A stretch of DNA of 64,000 bases, taken from positions 154,256,001 through 154,320,000 of the forward strand of contig NC_042999.1 of NCBI RefSeq assembly GCF_006345805.1, written 5' to 3'. Shown here one piece after another: positions 23,908 through 36,921 of this stretch (position 1 is the first letter of the stretch; each line of letters starts with the position of its first letter). Source of the stretch: Octopus sinensis (taxonomy: Eukaryota). Position numbers and translations under genes: made by a program. A model generated the notes under the pieces. That model had not been told where the DNA came from. It saw only the letters and a list, made by a program, of their open reading frames with translations, and did no database searches.

Positions 23908-24687
23908 GTATGTATGTATGTATGTGTGTATGTATGTATGTATGTATGTATGTATGTATGTATTGTATGTATGTATGTATGTATGTATGTATGTATGTGT
24001 GTGTGAACGTATGTGTATGTATGTATGGGTGAACGGCTGGATTCATGTATGTGCAAGTAAATATGCATATATCTATAGATGCGTACATACGTATAAACAT
24101 ACATGCATACATATCTGTGAGTGCGCGCGCGTGTGTGTGTATGTGTGTGCATGTGTGTGTGTGTGTGTGTGTGTGTACAACTGTGTGCAGATGTTTGATT
24201 GGTGTAAAAGCAAAAACGATTTTATTATTTCAAACATTTTATTATTATTTCAAAATGATTTTTATTATTGGTGCAAAAGCAAAAATGATTTTATTATTTC
24301 AAACTTTGATACTTATTTTGGAATAAACTTTTATTTAACTATTTTCAAGTAAGATACCATTTTGAAGCCTGTATTTTCCTCTATTGATTTAAGCCAAATG
24401 GCTTTACTTTCACTGTTTATTCTTGTTTATTTCAGGCTCTCGAATTCATGATGGAAAAGGAGCAAGTTCTAAAGGGAAACACCAGAAACCTCGCGTAACA
24501 TCAACCAATCTTTTGACCAGGAGACCATCAACGCACATTTAGGTTCAAGAATTTCATGGTAGAGTTGAAAGCTTTGACAAAGAGGAATGTACCAGATGAC
24601 CTTCCGAAAATGACAATAACCGGTGGAAGGCCGATTTTGAATCAAACCCGCGTATAAATGCTAAAGAATTTACGAGAGAATTTAGGT

Positions 24688-24830
24688 AGGCACGGCAACC
24701 TTCTGGAGAAGCGGGCCGCATGAGACATTGCTCATCATCAAGCCGGCCCTACTACTAAAAATTTCAAGGTAATTTTTCATTGGTATGACATTCAGAAAGT
24801 CCCGCGGACCGCAGTTTGCCAATGACTGAA
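24688..24830. mobile_element. Possible hAT-type MITE remnant
   Basis: GGCAACC...GCGGGCCGCA at the left and CCCGCGGACCGCAGTTTGCCAATGACTG at the right. Confidence 0.4.
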
Positions 24831-25529
24831 CTAAACCTTGATATTATATGGTTGTTCGATATTTGTATTATAATGGAAAATCATAAAAGCTCAATAAATG
24901 TGATATAGTAGTTGAGCTAATATAAATTTATAAATAAATATATGGAAACTCGTTTATAAAATCTGGTCTTTCTTTCTTGTAACAAATGTGATTCATTGCT
25001 TGAATGGATTTGCATGTGATAAATTAATGGATTGAAGCGAGGCCTTTATTCGAAACCATGTAGGTTTAGTAACTAGGATCAAGCTACATCAAATCAGGCG
25101 AATGCTCTGAATACTAACCAATCATATTGCAGCAATATCACCCCATATAATCGAAAGTTCCTGATGTTTTTGAGTAAATGGGGCTCACAAAAAAAGAAGT
25201 GCGGACATACACACCAGAGGTGTAGACATACACACCAAAGGCACACATTACTGAGTGACGCCGACAACAAATCCGTAAGAAGACAGGTTTCTTGGTCGCT
25301 GTTCGACGCTTCGTTAAAGGAATCGTCGACTTTGAAGAACTGAGTATTTTCCTGCCTCCACATGATGCCATTCTATTCTATAATTAATTCAAATATGAAC
25401 TCCATTTACCACTAGCAAACCGTAAAACAGCCATGATAAACATCTGTATAATTATGCAAATATTCTGATGTACACAAGTTTAAATCAATGTTTATAAAGC
25501 TTCGTTCGGAGTTTATAGTTATATAGGAT

Positions 25530-25675
25530 CGCAAGTTTCAAATTCCGCCGAGGTCGACTTTGCCTTCCGTCCTTTCAGGGTCTATAAATTAAATACCAGT
25601 TGTGTACTAGGGTTGATCTAATCGACCAGCCCCCTCCCCCAAAATTTAGGGCCTTGTGCCTAGAGTAGAAAAAAA
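25530..25675 (+). mobile_element. SINE B, 5' truncated
   Basis: TTCAAATTCCGCCGAGGTCGAC...GCCTAGAGTAGAAAA. Confidence 0.8.
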
Positions 25676-26449
25676 ATAGGATAGTAAGTAGCCTAAACGT
25701 TGCACCAGTTAATCGAGACCCATTCGGCCAGCTCGACAGGTCAGGTCAGGGAAGGTCAGGTATGGGAGCATGCGTCATTGCAGCGCGTTGTTGCATTCCC
25801 CATTTGTTGGTTTAGTCCAGGGTCCTCCTATGCGACCTATTGAGTAGAGTCCCAGTCAATCCCCATCTCTGCAAGCTACCTCTTCCTTTGCTGTGACAAT
25901 GTGGAATGTGGTCAACTAACACAAACCGTCAACTCAGCCGGATCATCAGTGAAGAGAACACGGTAAGGAAGGTAACATTCGGGAGATCGAGGAACATGAC
26001 CAAACAGTCTGAACTGACGATCCCGAATCATACAAATAACAGAACGCATCCCAGTTTCTGAGTAGAGTCGTTAATTGGATATGATATCCGACCAATGATA
26101 CAGTATCCACTGTATTCTCCTTTGTATAGCAAGTGAGTTTCCAAAATGCTGGACCACAATAAATCCACGCTCAACCTTCGACACAAATAAATATAACTGT
26201 AGTGATAAGCAAGATTATAATTTTCAAAACGAAAAAAAATAAAATAAAAAACAAACAAGAACCCGTATAAAAAAAAGCCGTATGTAATAGTTATTGATTT
26301 TTGCCACAAGTTCAGTAATTTTTGCGAAGAGGAGGTATGTCGTTTAGCTTACTTTATACGAATATTTATTCATTTACTGTTTAAATTTGAGAGGTAAGAA
26401 ATAAATCCTTTTTACAGTGGAACTCGAAGTGGATAAAGTTATAAATAAT

Positions 26450-26670
26450 TCTTTCTAGTATAGGCAAAAGCCTGAAATTATATGGGGGAAGAGGCTAATC
26501 AATTACATCGACCCCCAGTACTCAATCGGTACTTATTTTATCGAACTTGAAAGGATAAAAGTTAAAGACGATCTCGGTAGCTTTTGAATTCAGGACGTAA
26601 AGACAGACAAAATGCTGCTAAGAACTTTGTCCGGCCTGCTTATGGTTCTTGTCAGTTCACCGCCTAAAAA
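26450..26670 (-). mobile_element. Diverged SINE B
   Basis: AATAATTCTTTCTAGTATAGGC...TCGACCCCCAGTAC...TTCACCGCC. Confidence 0.7.
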
Positions 26671-27115
26671 TAATGCTATAGGTAATAGCATGTAGAATAT
26701 TGGGTTAAGAAAAACCTTTGGATAGAAAAAAGTTGATTTCCAGTGGGACAGGCTGCCTGTGAGATAGGCTGCCTATGAAACAATGCTTACAACGAAAAAA
26801 TGAAAGTAACTTGTCCGGAAATGGGAACATTGATATCCCATAATTTGAGGGCAAAAACTTAAACAGAGCTGGTGAAATCCCTCAATTTGCTGCGTCAAGA
26901 GGCATCTCTTTGTATTGTATCTTCTACTGATATCTTAAGTGTTTCAGAGATATCAGCTAAGATGTGCTATACCCAATAATGAGCAACAACTGAGGAGCCA
27001 ATTCGATGGCTTCTATGTCGATATATGATAACAAACACAGCTACATATGAATAATTCACGACTACTTAGCAGCACAGAAAGACCTGACAGAAGACGGTGG
27101 CGTTGTGCCTGTCAA

Positions 27116-27847
27116 TCTATATCTATAAAACAGTTATTGGACGAAAATTGTATGCGCATTTTGCTTTGACGGTTAATGGCGGCCAAACCGAGGCTAGAAT
27201 CGAGCTGAAAATTGACAGGGATACTAAATGCGTAGTGAGGATGAGACCCGCGATGGTTAAAATTCGCTAGCTATAAAGATGTGGTTGCTATGGCAAAAAG
27301 AGTGATTGTTTATCGATTCAAGGGAACTTTTCGAAATATGATGAAATATATTGTTATCGCAACAATAAAATGCTTAATACTTAATCTACATCTATAAAAC
27401 AGTCCTTGGACGAAAATTGTATGCACATTTTGCTTTGACGGTTAATGGCGGCCAAACCGAAGCTAGGATCTAGCTGAAAATTGGCAGGGATACTAAATGC
27501 GTGGTGAGGATGAGACCCGCGATGGTTAAAATTCGCAAGCTATAAAGATGTGGTTGCTATGGCAAAAAGAGTGATTTTTTTATCGATTCAAGGGGGTCCA
27601 GAGCCCCTCTAGGTTTGTGTGATTGGCTTTTAATGCAGGTCCAATACAATAGCCCTCAGAAACAGACTACGTACAAATTCTTTCTTCACAACTCCTGAAG
27701 CTGCTTTCTGACCAGGTGGAGGCTCCAAACGAAACAGGGGACCCGAAATGATAAGGTTGAGAAACGCTGTTATAGATTATGCCTAACCGAAAACGATCAC
27801 ACCCACATCATCCAAACAGACCGGGTGAAACCGGGCTTAACTGCTAG
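27116..27847 (+). mobile_element. Non-autonomous Helitron with duplicated 5' segment (second 5' end at 27385)
   Basis: A|TCTATATCTATAAAACAG start repeated 269 bp later; 3' hairpin CCGGGTGAAACCGGG then CTAG|T. Confidence 0.8.
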
Positions 27848-30285
27848 TTCACAATAATTTGTTTATATGATATTGTTGGATTTCGCGCTTGTCATTTACT
27901 ATTAATTAATTTTTATGTTTTTAAACCACTAAACTGCATATAAACCGATATATCGATACAATCAACCCCAGAATTGTACTTTATTTTGCCGATTCCGAAA
28001 TTGGTCTTGGTGAAATTTGAACATTGTCACTAATTTAGGCACAAAGCTGGCGATTGTGTAGGATGTGGTGGTTGTGGTGGGGATAAGGTTAGTTGATGCC
28101 ATCAACTCTAAAACTGGATAGTTATATTATTTCATGAAATCCCGAATGGATGAAAAGCAAGGTTGACTTGAACAGATGTTGAATCCAAAACGCAAAATTC
28201 CGGAATAATTACAGAAATATCTTTTCTTTTTCCCCCCAGTTCTTTTCCAATCAGCATATGACGTGTTTGCTGAAGTTCGTAAGGCTCGGTCAAGGTAGAA
28301 TTAGATAAATAATGTCGCACGAAGCAGCGTTGAATAAAATATATTCATGTGAAGTCATATTTAACACGTTTTAATGTATTCGGACAGGAATATATTCGTT
28401 CTTATCAAGCTGCGATTGACAGATTTACCGTTTCTAGTTGACGAAGTTAAAGAACGCAGAAACGCATGCGTCCTACAATCCGTTGACATCATTCGCAGCC
28501 GTTTCTGTGTTTTAAATATTCTAGAAAAAGTTTTGTCTCCCAAGAGTATTTCCACAGCGAAAGACCTTCTCATGTTCGAATACACTTGAACATATCAGAT
28601 ATCAGTTTACATACACATATGTATCAATACATGCATGTGTATGTATGTATATATCTATGTATACACAGGTGTATGCATGCATGCATGCAAGTACGTACGT
28701 TGCATAGTTTGGTAAGTGCTTGGAATGAAAAACTAGGACTTCAAATCCCCAACAAATGTTCTTTATCAATAAAAGTACACTACCTATGATTTTATATAGT
28801 GAGTTCTATTTCTCGCGTATGTATGACTTGAGTGTTTGTGCGTGTCTGTATGTGTGTGCGAGCGAGCGCGTACGTGCGTATACTTCACAATGCACGAGCA
28901 GCTGTTCGTGTTTAGTTCATGTCCACGAAACTTTAAGTAACACGAGGGGCTAAGCCAATCTGCTCCTCAATGAATACAACTCCAACTCTATGTGTTGAAT
29001 GCCGCTTGCGTTCGTTTTTCACTAACTCAAGTATCGGGGTAATAACCTGATAACGTACATTTCAAAGTTCTTATACGGTTTTCGGCTACCATATGCTAAC
29101 ACAGCAGAACTACTTCCTTAACTGGATATACATGTGGAAATCAGTGCTCTCGAAACCATTCACCTGATGACGTGCGGGGACACAGTTAGTGCTTGATCAT
29201 ATTTAATTATATAATATTTATATAATAGTATGATATGGAAAATTCAGCAACTAATACCCATTACCAATGCACAGAAACAATTGTTGTGATTTGTGATTAA
29301 AGCCTGTTCATTCTATCTTCTTGTTTTATACATTTGGGCGCGCGCGCGTGTATGAGAGCGCGTGTAAGTTAAACAATTTATATACAGTTTCTGCAGCAGA
29401 AAACAGACAACTTTATTAAAAAGACACCGATGGCGAACACATTATTTGATAAAGAAAATAGAAAAACAGAAATTTCAACACTAAAATTGGATTAAATTCT
29501 ACGCATGTCCACCCACATACTAATATATTGCTAGAACTGTTCGAAGAAAATTTCTTTTTATCAATTAAAAATATAAAATTCCGAAAAAACACAAAAACAC
29601 TCATTAATAGCTGTCAGACGAAGTTGAACAACAGATAAACGCAAAATAGTTAAATTGTAAAGCACTGTAATCAAGTTTTCACCCATTTTATCACGACAAA
29701 CAATTTATATTAAATCGACCACACCGCATATCATCGAGATATTTCTAACGATATCACTAAGAAAAGTAGAAAAAAAACAAAAAACAATAACAACATAAAT
29801 TAAATCAACACATAGGAACTGAAAATTATAATGAAATAATTATGTTTTATATATATGACTGATGTAAGAAAAAATCCTTTTCATAACAGACGCCTTACTT
29901 TACTTTCAAAAACCACAAAACAAATTTACGACGAAAACCGTCGATCTCATTCTAAAACTGATATGGTTAATAGAAAAATCTGATGTCGACAGTATTAGTA
30001 AAATATGATTGATAGATAATTACAATAAATAAACTAGTAGCACCATTACCTCTTGGGAATAACAAGACAAATGCTTTAAAAGAATGGGTCAAACACATTT
30101 CTAATTAAAATAAATATAAATTCACACAATTTGATAGCGAAAAATGTATACATAACACGAAATTCTTACTTATGACTGCACTGAATATCGCAAAATCTTT
30201 TTAATCACAACAATAAAAAACAAAATTGACATTTTAATATTGATCAGATAAAGAATTTCGATTTATACTTGTGCATTATGGATTG

Positions 30286-30871
30286 CAGTAATCCCTCGCC
30301 ATATTACGGTTCATTTATCGCGGTTCACCGGTCGCAGTTTATTATTTAAGCTTACGTCGATTCCCCGGTGGTGGTGTTTTGCATTCATAATAAAATAAAT
30401 ACTTAGAAATTATAAAAATAATAAAATAAAATATACAGGCGCAGGAGTGGCTGTGTGCTAAGTAGCTTGCTAATCAACCACATGATTCCGGGTTCAGTCC
30501 CACTGCGTGGCATCTTGGGCAAGTGTCTTCTGCTATAGCCTCGGGCCGACCAATGCCTTGTGAGTGGATTTGGTCGACGGAAACTGAAAGAAGCCCGTCG
30601 TATATATGTATATATATATATATGTGTGTGTATGTGTTTGTGTCTGTGTTTGTCCCCCTAGCATTGCTTGACAACCGATGCTGGTGTGTTTACGTCCCCG
30701 TCACTTAGCGGTCCGGCAAAAGAGACCGATAGAATAAGTACTGGCGGTGCTCCAGCATGGCCGCAGTCAAATGACTGAAACAAGTAAAAGAGTATTGTTT
30801 CTAGTTCGCGGATTTTCACCTATCGCGAGGTGTTTTGGAACGTAATACATGCGATAGTCGAGGGATTACTG
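30286..30871. mobile_element. pogo/Tigger-like MITE carrying an inserted SINE A (30437-30795, plus strand)
   Basis: TIRs CAGTAATCCCTCG / CGAGGGATTACTG; TA TSD not cleanly preserved. Confidence 0.7.
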
Positions 30872-31146
30872 GTGTAAAATTACTAAGAACGACTTCGTTA
30901 GTATGGGCGGATATGATTTCGCTGAGACAAGTTATTTGGCAAAATTATTCATATCATCAACTACAAAGATCTCTGCAAGCTGAAAAGAAATCTGTATTGA
31001 GATTCTTGGCCATTAATCATGAACATGATTAATTCCCAACAAATGATAGAGCTGAAAAGAATTTGCATAATTCTTTTCAGTCAACATGGCTTTATATAAC
31101 TCGTGACCAACGTTGCAACATTACTGTCTTGAATTTGTGAAGGCGT

Positions 31147-32010
31147 GAGGGCAGCGAGCTGGCAGAGACGTTAGCATGTCGGATGAAATGCTTAGCAGTA
31201 TTTCGTCTGTCTTTACGATCTGAGTTCAAATTCCACAGAGGTCGACTTTGCTTTACATCCTTTCGGAGTCGATAAATTAAGTACCAGTTACGCACTGGGG
31301 TCGATGTAATCGACTTGATCCGTTTGTCTGTGCTTGTTTGTCCCCTCTGTGTGTAGCCCCTTGTGGGCAATAAAGAAATAAGAAACGTTAGCACGCCGGG
31401 CGAAATGCTTTGCAGTATTTCGTCTGTCTTTACGATCTGAGTTCAAATTGCACCGAGGTCTACTTTGCCTTTCATCCTTTCGGGGTCGATAAATTAAGTA
31501 CCAGTTACGCACTGGGGTCGATGTAATCGACTTGATCCGTTTGTCTGTGCTTGTTTGTCCCCTCTGTGTGTAGCCCCTTGTGGGCAATAAAGAAATAAGA
31601 AGCGTTAGTACGCCGGGCGAAATGCTTTGCAGTATTTCGTCTGTCCTTATGATCTGAGTTCAAATTGCACCGAGGTTAAATTCGCCTTTCATCCTTTCGG
31701 GGTCGATAAATTAAGCACCAGTTACGCACTGGGGTCGATGTAATCGACTTGATCCATTTGTCTGTGCTTGTTTGTCCCCTCCGTGTGTAGCCCCTTGTGG
31801 GCAATTAAGAAATAAGAAACGCTAGTACGCCGGGCGAAATGCTTTGCAGTATTTCGTCTGTCTTTACGATCTGAGTTCAAATTGCACCGAGGTTGAATTC
31901 GCCTTTCATCCTTTCAGGTCGATAAATTAAGTACCAGTTGCATACTAGAGTCGATCTAATCGACTGGCTCCCTCCCAAAACATTTCGGGCCTTGTGCCTA
32001 GAGTAGAAAA
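31147..32010 (+). repeat. Tandem array of four SINE B units, period 217 bp
   Basis: Junctions AGAAATA|AGAAACG at 31381, 31598 and 31815; the last unit ends in the alternative tail. Confidence 0.9.
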
Positions 32011-32018
32011 GAAAAGAA

Positions 32019-33174
32019 GGATCTTTTCTAAAAGAAGAACAGATTTTTCTAGTTGACTAAATAATTTGAAACTTCGTATACTGGTAGAATGTGTCAAAAG
32101 AAAACATTAATTTCAACTAGTTTTTTTGAGAAAAATGTATTTTGTAAGTTTAAACGTAGTTTAAATCTGCGAATTTTAACCAATCGTATTGTCTGTTTTG
32201 ATCTGAAATCATTAACTGCATAGTGTTACTGTGACGTAGACAGCTATTTTGTGAACATTTTAAACAGCGTGGGTAAGAAGTAAGCAAACAGCTGTGGTAG
32301 ATGTGGTTATCATGGCAGTGGTGGTGGTGGTGTAGTGCTGACAGTGGATGTGTATGATGGCAGCAATTATAGTGTTGGTGTTTTTGTAGAGGTGGTGGTG
32401 GTGGTGGCGGCAGTGGATGATGATGATAATGATCATGATAGTAGTAGTGGTATTGATTATGTTAGGATGTCTCATGGATGGTAGTGTTGAAGACATTGCA
32501 GAGTGTAGTGGTGGTGAAATTGGTGATTTTGAATATGATGCTGGTTTTGGTCTTGGGGTTGTGGTTGCAGAAGATGGTTGTGGTGGTAGCATTGGAGGTT
32601 GTAATAATGGTTGTAGTGGTGGTTGTGAAGATGATTATGATATTGATAGTCTTTGCATTGAGGTGGTGGCAGAGTCAGAGTAAATAATAAGAGCCTAGTT
32701 AACACAAGATTCTTAAATTTCGGAGATCATAAGATAGAGAGCAAGAAGTTAAAAGTTCCAATACTGGCCCAATTCTTATACCCCAGATTCTTCAACTATT
32801 TTATAAGAAAGGGGTTAATGGCAGGATAGGGATTCAGCTTAAAAATAAATTGTATGACCAAAAATACATAAATAAATTACTGCTCCAACGATGTAATTTT
32901 AGTATGTGTGTATGTATGTATGTATGTATGTATGTATGTATGTATGTATGTGTGTGTGTGTGTGTGTGTATGTATGGATCAAAACAGTTTGATTCAAATT
33001 CTGTGGTACTTATATATTCATACATACATATACATGTTGATGTATATAACATATATATATTGTATGTAAACATCTTTTATATATATATAATGTATGCATC
33101 TATAATACACACACATTATAAATATATACACATATATGCATATGCATTAGAATATGTGTGTATAGGTATATATA

Positions 33175-33239
<65 letters not shown>

Positions 33240-33803
33240 ATGCATATGTTTGTATACATGTGTGTGTAGCTATTTAGGATCTGCACAAATTTTATATATA
33301 CTCCACGGATTTTGAAAGTGTTTAGTTAGAAAAAATTATTTTTAAAATCTGTAGGTCAAAAGGTAAAGATCCAGTATTTAAAATTTTTGTTGCATTTCTA
33401 ATCTTTCTGATGTCTAAGGATGGATATTTATGCGTATGAATCTTTTTCTTTTTATTTTGTTTCAAATATAATTCTAGGGAACTGAAAAAGCTGTGTACGA
33501 TGCTAAGCGAATTTAGCCGGATGTTTACATTTTAGCTGTTTACATGTTTACGTTAAGTACGTCACAAAATAGCTGTTTACGTCACAGTAACAATATGTTG
33601 ACAGGCAGTAAATGATATGAGGTCAAAACAAAGAATACCATTGGTTAAAATTCGAATTATTAAACTACGTTAAACTTAGAAATTACAGTTCCGTTTTCAA
33701 TTTGGTTTACAATTATGTTTTTTTTTGACACATTCTACCAGTATACGAAGTTTCAAATTGTTTACTTAACTAGAAAAATCTGTCCTTCTTTTAGAAAAGA
33801 TCC
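32019..33803. mobile_element. Non-autonomous TIR element, Merlin-like (GG..CC termini, ~230-bp TIRs, 8-bp TSD)
   Basis: GGATCTTTTCTAAAAGAAG...CTTCTTTTAGAAAAGATCC; GAAAAGAA at 32011-32018 and 33804-33811; interior is simple repeats. Confidence 0.65.
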
Positions 33804-33816
33804 GAAAAGAATTTGT

Positions 33817-34120
33817 GAGGGCGTGTAGGCAAGCGGTTAGGGTGTTCAAATCACGATCGTCTAGACGTGAGTTCGATTCCTTGTAGCGCGTTGCGCCTTT
33901 GAGCAATGCACTTTATTTCTCGTTGTTCCATTCAACCCACTTGGCAAAAATGAGCTGTCCTTGTTTTTCAAAAGGCCAGCCTTGTCACATTCTGAGAGCT
34001 GTATCAAGGGTACACATGTCTGTGGAGTGCTCAGCCACATGCACTTTAATTTCAAGAGCAGGCTGCTCCGTTGATCGGATCAACTGAAACACATACCGTC
34101 GTAACCGATGGGATGTCAGT
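33817..34120 (+). mobile_element. SINE family C, diverged
   Basis: GCGGTTAGGG...GAGTTCGATTCC head and C tail. Confidence 0.8.
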
Positions 34121-34391
34121 TACTTTCTTGTACTTCTTTGATGTCAACATTAGTTTAAATTAGGTAGACGAAAGCTGTGTAAAAACCTATCGGATGGATT
34201 GTACCTGCAGCTCAATGGTTCAACTTTACCACACCATTAGAATTGCATTAGGAGTTCAATTATCTGTGAGATATTCAGCCACTTACACGCGAATTCAAAG
34301 TACAGGAAGTTCAGTTGGTCAAATAAATGTATCATCAGCGGAGAATCATTGACTGTTAACTTTATAATAACATATACAGACTTGTGTGTAG

Positions 34392-34745
34392 GGGAGCAAT
34401 GCCCCAGTACTTAGGGTAGCGGACTCGCGGTCGTAGGGTCGTGGTTTCGATTCCCAGACCGTGCATTGTGAGTGTTTATTGAGCAAAAACATCTAAAGCT
34501 CCACGAGGCACCGGCAGGGGTGGTGGCGAATCCTGCTGTACTCTTTCACTACAACTTTCTCTCACTCTTTCTTCCTGTTTCTGTTGTACCTGTATTTCAA
34601 AGGGCCAGCCTTGTCACGCTGAATCTCCCTGAGAAGTACATTAAAGGTACACATGTCTGTGGAGTGCTCAGCCACTTGCACGTTAATTTCACGAGCAGGC
34701 TATTCCGTTGATCGTATCAACTGGAACCCTCGTCGTCGCAACATA
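34392..34745 (+). mobile_element. SINE family C (long subfamily)
   Basis: Matches the inverted copy at 37120-37497. Confidence 0.85.
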
Positions 34746-35074
34746 CAGATATGTATAAACGAAGTATGGCCAAATGGTTAATATGTTAGCTTTGCAACCA
34801 CAAGATCCCGCGGTCAATCTCACAGTATGGCATCTTGGACAAGTGTCATTTTCTATAGCCTCGGCTTTTTCTATATCTTACAAGTGAAATTAAATAGAAA
34901 TTAAGAGTATATTTGTAATTCAAAAGTCAATTTTTCTACACCGTGACATGCTGAGTCTAAACAGGAATTAATTTAGTAAGAAAAAAAATTAGTTGATCGA
35001 ACAATTGAATCTTCATCGAAGGACGGAAATCCATCTATAGATGTGTTAATATAACGTTCCCTGGAAGTGTATAT

Positions 35075-35925
35075 ATACAGTAAAGTATACTTACAAATGG
35101 GTGGATATAGCATTCCATACAGGCATATGTACAGCAAAGTATGCACTTAAAGGTATGTGACGACAGCGTTCCATACATGTGTACGTACACCAATGTATGC
35201 ATTTAAGAATGTGTAGCTATAGCGTTCTCTACAGGGGTACGTACATCAATGTATGCATTTAAAAGTGTGTAGCTATAGCGTTCTCTAGAGGTGTACGTAC
35301 ACAAATGTAGGCATTTAAGAATGTGTAGCTATAGCGTTCTCTACAGGTGTACGTACACCAATATCCGCATTTAAGAATGTGTAGCTATAGCGTTCCATAC
35401 AGGTGTACGTATACCAATGTATGCATTTAAGAATGCGAAGTTATTGCGTTCTCTACAGGTGTACGTACACCAATGTATGCATTTAAAAATGTGTAGCTAT
35501 TGCATTCTCTACAGGTGTACGAACACCAATGTATACATTTAAAAATGTGTAGCTATAGCGTTCTCTACAGGTGTACGTACACCAATGTATGCATTTAAAA
35601 ATGTGTAGCTATAGCGTTCTCTACAGGTGTACGTACACCAATGTATGCGTTAAAAAATGTGTAGCTATAGCGTTCTCTACAGGTGTACGTACACCAATGT
35701 ATGCATTTAAGAATGTGTATCTATAGCGTTCTCTACAGGTGTACGTACACCAATGTATGCATTTAAGAATGCGAAGCTATTGCATTCTCTACAGGTGTAC
35801 GTACACCAATGTAGACATTTAAAAATGTGTATCTATAGCATTCTCTACAGGTTTACGTACACCAATGTTTGCATTTAAGAATGTATAGCTATAGCATTCT
35901 CTACAGGTGTACGTACAGCAATGTA
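35075..35925. repeat. 56-bp minisatellite, about 15 units
   Basis: Unit CTCTACAGGTGTACGTACACCAATGTATGCATTTAAGAATGTGTAGCTATAGCGTT; degenerate at the left edge. Confidence 0.95.
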
Positions 35926-36202
35926 CAGACACAGATATTAAACCGACATCATTACAATATGTAAAGAATAAAAGTCACTGCATACCCTGACATAGAGCTT
36001 CTTGCGGGTGCTTGAGAAAAATGATATAAGGGATTAGTATTAGGAGAAAATACGGAGAAGAAACCTAAAGTCTATAAGGCTGGAAATATCAAATTAAACT
36101 AAGCTTGGATTCGTAATAGAGAACGCAACTTCTTAATTTATATGCTACAAATGACGATGATATCGACGACAATGAAAGTCTGCAGCATCTTGTGATTTAA
36201 AG

Positions 36203-36805
36203 CAGGGGTTCTCAATCAGGATCCATATGACCCCTAGGGGTCCATATCAGGCTTTGGAGGGGTCCAAACAAGCAAAATAGTAAATTGAGCGTCTATGACA
36301 AAATTTTGTTTTCGATGTATTTATTGCGAGAACACTAGTTTTGTACAGTTCCACATTTCCAGCCAATGAAATACGTTCTGTTGTAAACCTACGCAGGTGA
36401 ACGTGTGAGAAGCAAAATAGGAATTTCGAAAGAAGTATCTATAAAGCTTGCTTTTAAAAATCAAATCACTGTGGAGGCGGGGTACCCCAGGAGGTATTTC
36501 AACCGTGTTTCGTGGTCTGCTACCACAACAGCTCCTTTATAGGATCCAGTTAGCTCAAGACATCATCAGGAGGAACCACGTCCGGTTTAGGCCCCTATTC
36601 CTCTACCGTTTTGACGTGGCGCTACCGCCCCCTTTTCGGAGGTGTCTTCAGCTCTGGTGTTGGGTGCCTCCAGCAGGCAGCCCCAGCAAGTTGTCACGTG
36701 ACACTGTCTCAACTTTAACTGATCAATGAAGGCGCGTAGTCTTAGCCCACGCATTCTCTAAAATAGTAGCCAAAGGGTTCCACAGGGAAAAATGGTTGAG
36801 AACTG
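36203..36805. mobile_element. hAT (Charlie-type) non-autonomous element
   Basis: CAGGGGTTCTCAA...TTGAGAACTG with an 8-bp TSD ATTTAAAG at 36195-36202 and 36806-36813. Confidence 0.75.
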
Positions 36806-36921
36806 ATTTAAAGGATGATGAACAAAACAAGACACTTTCTTTCAGAACCTTGCTATCAAGGAGGTGACCAGTCAAAATTAACTCTAAATTGATAGAAAAG
36901 AAAACAAATGCATATATAAAG

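Noticed and set aside
32417-32683. Gly/Cys-rich ORF (GGCNNGCSGGC) resembling a metallothionein or secreted peptide
   Set aside because: It derives from GGT/GAT/TGT simple repeats inside a non-autonomous TIR element and has no splice or promoter support.
35075-35925. CRISPR-like array
   Set aside because: The units are contiguous 56-bp repeats without unique spacers, there are no cas genes and the context is eukaryotic.
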